From NCBI GenBank assembly GCA_964270895.1, contig OZ185435.1: DNA of 64,000 bases; one strand, written 5' to 3'. The position numbers and the translations under genes were made by a program. Positions 60,488 to 64,000 of the stretch are shown here, in pieces. This DNA is from Podarcis filfolensis. Lineage: Eukaryota. How positions within the stretch are numbered: position 1 is the first letter of the stretch; each line of letters opens with the position of its first letter. The notes beneath the pieces are model-generated. The model worked only from the letters and a program-made list of their open reading frames with translations, did not search any database and was not told where the DNA came from.

Positions 60488-60980
60488 CAGTGTCTAGGGC
60501 TTTGCAGTTCGGAAAAAAGGTGAGAAAGGGGGACATGACAGAAGTACATACAATTATGCATGGTGTGGAAAAAGCGGACAGAGAGAAATTTTTCTCCTTC
60601 TCATACTAGAACCTAGGGTGATCCAGGGAAGCTGAACGTTGGAAGATTCAGGAGGACAGTCAAAACTAAATACTTCTTCATGTAATTAAACTATGCAATT
60701 CGCTACCAGAAAATGTAGTACTGTAATGGCCACCAACTTGGGCAGCTTTAAGAGGGGTTTAGGATAAGGCTATTCGTCACGATGGATGTGTACTACCTCC
60801 AGTGCCAGAGGCAGGATGTCTCTGAATCCCAGTCTCTGGGAATCCCAAGCAGGGAGAGTTCTGTTGCACACATGCCTGATTTGTGGGGCTCCCCACAGGC
60901 ATCTGGTTGGCCACTGCGAGGACAGGATGCCAGACTAAAAGGGCCTTTGGTCTAATCCAGCAGGCCTCTTATGTTTTCAT
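60488..60980 (+). mobile_element. CR1 LINE 3' fragment (ORF2 C-terminus plus 3'UTR)
   Basis: ORF 60427 gives KKVRKGDMTEVHTIMHGVEKADREKFFS (cf. the CR1 motif EKRRLRGDMIEVYKIMHG). The UTR ends GGTCTAATCCAGCAGGCCTCTTATG. Confidence 0.85.
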
Positions 60981-61065
60981 TAGAGAATACTGTAATAACC
61001 TGCTGATGTAGATTTAGTCGGCATCACACTTGCAGCATCTATACTGAACATTTCTGGGCATCAAT

Positions 61066-61422
61066 GTAAAGGTAAAAGTAAAGGGACCCCTGACCATTAG
61101 GTCCAGTCGTGGATGACTCTGGGGTTGCGGTGCTCATCTCACTTTATTGGCTGAGGAAGCCAGCATACAGCTTCCGGGTCATGTGGCCAGCATTACTAAG
61201 CCACTTCTGGCAAACCGGAGCAGCACACAGAAACGCCGTTTACCTTCCCGCCGGAGCGGTACCTATTTATCTACTTGCACTTTGACGTGCTTTCGAACTG
61301 CTAGGTTGGCAGGAGCAGGGACCGAGCAACGGGAGCTCACCCTGTCGCAGTGATTCGAACTGCCAACCTTCTGATCGGCAAGCCCTAGGCTCTGTGGTTT
61401 AACCCACAGCGCCATCTGCGTC
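61066..61422 (-). mobile_element. Sauria SINE, near full length
   Basis: Reverse complement begins GACGCAGATGGCGCTGTGGGTTAAACCACAGAGCCTAGGGCTTGCCGATCAGAAGGTTGGCAGTTCGAATC (B-box GTTCGAATC) and ends GGTCAGGGGTCCCTTTACTTTTACCTTTAC. It matches the lacertid Sauria SINE consensus as recalled. Confidence 0.93.
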
Positions 61423-62041
61423 AGTGTAGGTACTTCCAATAATATGTTCCAACTGCACTCTACTGAAGAGGGACAAGCCCCTGCTAAAATTTAAAAGGGC
61501 ATATGTGTTTGTGAAGGCCAGACATCGTCTGATGGGGGTGGAAGACCCACCGCACAATGAAACTTTCTTTGGACCACCTTACAAGAAAAGGGTATAAAGA
61601 GACACAGCGTAATGGCACCTCTGTGTCTCTTGTACTATTCCATTTGTCCCTGGCATTAATTCCATTTCTAGAGATTTTATGGGTATAATATACACTGTGA
61701 GTGCTTTAATAATAATTCTGTGCCCAAATCTATACATTAATATATAAATCCAGATTTATGGCTGGGACTAGACCAGGGCAAATAACAAGTGACCCTTCAC
61801 CTGCTGTTGGGACTCCACTAGCATGGCTAATGTCAGAGGCCACAGGTTCCCCATCCCTGGACTAGAACAGGAAAGGCTTCATTTACAGATTAGCCAGTTT
61901 AGTCAGTCTGGGCTGTGTTGGGAATGGGGTGCTTAGAATTTAAGTTTCTGTGCTGGTTTAAAGTTGGAACTGGGTTAGGGCTTTGGGTACTTTTTCTCCT
62001 TCTTCTTCTCAGAACTGCAGATTCAAGATCAGAGTGCTCAC

Positions 62042-62317
62042 CTGAAACTCTGACATCAAAGGAGACAGACTCATCCTTGGTCTCGCAGATGTATTCACCA
62101 GCATCTTCAGCACTTGCCTGCAGGACAATTAGGCGACGCTCAGCACCTTCCATTTGAAGCAACAAGTTGTTTGTCTCATCCACTTCCAGGCCGTCCTTGA
62201 ACCAGCGCACAGGGGCATTGGGAATGGACACCTCGCAGCTCAGCTCCAAGCACTCAAATGCCTGTATATGCTTCTCTAGGGTACGCTCCACTGGGTGCAA
62301 AATCTGCACAGGTGGCT
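62042..62317 (-). CDS. OBSL1: Obscurin-like 1, Ig exon C
   Basis: EPPVQILHPVERTLEKHIQAFECLELSCEVS...WFKDGLEV...EDAGEYICETKDESVSFDVRVS. Acceptor TCTTGTAG|AG, donor TCAG|GTGAGC. Confidence 0.95.
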
Positions 62318-62556
62318 CTACAAGACAAATGTAGGAATATATGAGGCTTCATCCCCTGTGTGAGATGACTTAGAGCCACTTAATTCTAGGAAGCTCTGAG
62401 ATAGAACAGAAAGGATAGGAACCAGAAATCTCAAATATGGCTTCCTCTAATTAGCGAAGAACTAGTAGCAAGAGACAGAAATCCATACCCAAGTCAAAAA
62501 GGAAGGGTGAATTTGGGCACAAGATCACTGGGACTGAACCCTGGAGACTTGCTTAC

Positions 62557-62829
62557 CTGTGACACTGACATTGAAGAAGACAGTGTCGCCCCCAGTGCCA
62601 CATGCAAACTCCCCTGTGTCCTGAACCTGGGCCGCAATAATAACCAGACGGCGATGAGGCCCTTCGCTCTCCAACAGGAGGCCATCCTTTTCCTCCACCT
62701 CCTCTCCATCCTTGTACCAGCATACAACAGCATCAGAGCAGGACAACTCACAATCCAGCACTACACGCTCTGAGACCCGATAGGCATGGGCTGCATCTGC
62801 ATTGGAGTGCAGAACTCGGACAGGGAGCT
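62557..62829 (-). CDS. OBSL1: Obscurin-like 1, Ig exon B
   Basis: ELPVRVLHSNADAAHAYRVSERVVLDCELS...WYKDGEEVEE...QDTGEFACGTGGDTVFFNVSVT. Acceptor CCCCTGCAG|AG, donor ACAG|GTAAGC. Confidence 0.94.
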
Positions 62830-62843
62830 CTGCAGGGGAGAAA

Positions 62844-63040
62844 TTTATTTATTTATTATTGCATTCATATCCCATCTTTTCTCCAAGGTGGTCCCTCCCC
62901 TCCATCCTATCCTCATATCAACCTTGTGAGGTTGGTTAGGCTGAGAGACGGTGATTGGCCCAAGATCACCCAGGGAGAAACATGGTTGATTGGAAATTGG
63001 AACCTTGTTGTATCAGGTCTTAGCCACTACACCACACTGG
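62844..63040 (-). mobile_element. tRNA-derived SINE (MIR/Squam3-like)
   Basis: Reverse complement begins CCAGTGTGGTGTAGTGGCTAAG, contains CTCTCAGCCCTAACCAACCTCACAAGG and ends (AATA)n. Same family as 4669-4903. Confidence 0.75.
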
Positions 63041-63702
63041 ATCTCCATCATAATACCACCATAGCATAGAAATGTCATAAAAGCATAGAATAGAGAGTGA
63101 GGGCATCATTTCTTATGTGAGTTGTTGGGGGAGCAATGGAACAGGAGGCTCAGTGCTGTGCATTTCAATGGAGCAGGAGATAGTGAAAGGGACCTCTTGG
63201 ATGAGGTACAGGTGGGAAGCAGGGATCTTGGTGCTTGCAGCATGCCTGCCGTTTTAGAGGAGACTGGTGCTACTGAGGTTATTAACAATCAGTTACGTAT
63301 GGCACCTATAAATTACACAAAAACAACAATGAAATAACAAGAGCGTGAAGATATGGGTGGCCTCAAGTAGATAAACTTGGTTCAGGTCCTAAAAGGGCAA
63401 TGAAGAGAGAGACTAGGCAGCTGTTCTGAGAAGCTGTCACCAGCTCCTGAGTTTTTTCAGCCAGGAACAGCACTTTAGGTCTAATAGCATTTTTGATCTT
63501 CAACTGGTGGTTTGGGACCCTAAAAGAGGTCATGACCTAACATAAGGTATGTTGCACCGCCATACAACTAGATGGCAAAATGGGGGGGGGGATAAATGGG
63601 TCCATATGAGTTAAAAGTGCACCTCAGGTTTGGAAAAGCTGAAGACTACTGGTTTAGGGCTTGCCTCATGCACTCCTTTGACATTTCTTTGACTCAACTC
63701 AC

Positions 63703-63975
63703 CATCCACCATCACAGTGAAGTCCACAGTGTCATCAGCTGTGTCACATGTATACGTCCCAGAATCCAGGGGGCAGGCTGAATGAACCAACAGCCTCCGA
63801 ATGCAGCCCTCTGATTGCACCGTGAAGATGTCATGGTCCACAGGATTTCCATCCTTGAACCACTGGACAGTAGCATCAGAGGCAGAGACTTCACACTCCA
63901 GGAGGAGAGGCATCCCAGTCAGGATTGTCTGGAGACACTGGGCCTCTGACACTGGAGCGATGTGCACCTTGGGAG
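63703..63975 (-). CDS. OBSL1: Obscurin-like 1, Ig exon A (upstream exons lie beyond the right edge)
   Basis: PKVHIAPVSEAQCLQTILTGMPLLLECEVS...WFKDGNPV...LDSGTYTCDTADDTVDFTVMVD. Acceptor CTCTCTTCAG|CT, donor GATG|GTGAGT. Confidence 0.92.
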
Positions 63976-64000
63976 CTGAAGAGAGACATTGTGAATGGGT

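Noticed and set aside
1-64000. CRISPR arrays, operons, viral or organellar insertions
   Set aside because: No regularly spaced repeat-spacer array, prokaryotic gene organisation, retroviral gag/pol/env or mitochondrial-like sequence was seen. All long coding signals are explained by three host genes and LINE remnants.

Overview
Vertebrate genomic DNA from a squamate reptile. The Sauria SINE, BovB, L2 and CR1 repeat complement suggests a lacertid-like lizard (inference). The window holds the CHPF(-) / TMEM198(+) / OBSL1(-) gene block, in the order I recall for human 2q35. It contains the first coding exon of CHPF, with the remaining exons lying left of the window. The complete TMEM198 CDS is present in four coding exons (163+576+191+147 = 1077 nt, 358 aa). 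The 3' part of OBSL1 appears as 18 GT-AG exons that splice in frame (4344 nt, about 1448 aa, 16 Ig domains). Introns and intergenic DNA carry LINE remnants (L2, BovB, CR1, L1), tRNA-derived SINEs, Tc1/mariner- and hAT-type MITEs and microsatellites. I found no prokaryotic-type system, CRISPR array, bona fide tRNA/rRNA gene or unexplained protein-coding gene. The most interesting leads are: (i) OBSL1 appears to have at least five Ig exons with no counterpart in human OBSL1 as I recall it; (ii) a candidate truncating alternative last exon of OBSL1; (iii) interlocked polyA signals where TMEM198 and OBSL1 converge; (iv) three separate promoter-like regions between CHPF and TMEM198; (v) a CpG-retaining, homeodomain-site-rich candidate enhancer; (vi) a SINE tail abutting an OBSL1 splice acceptor. 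Exon coordinates were read by hand and frame-checked. All cross-species comparisons are from memory and need alignment.
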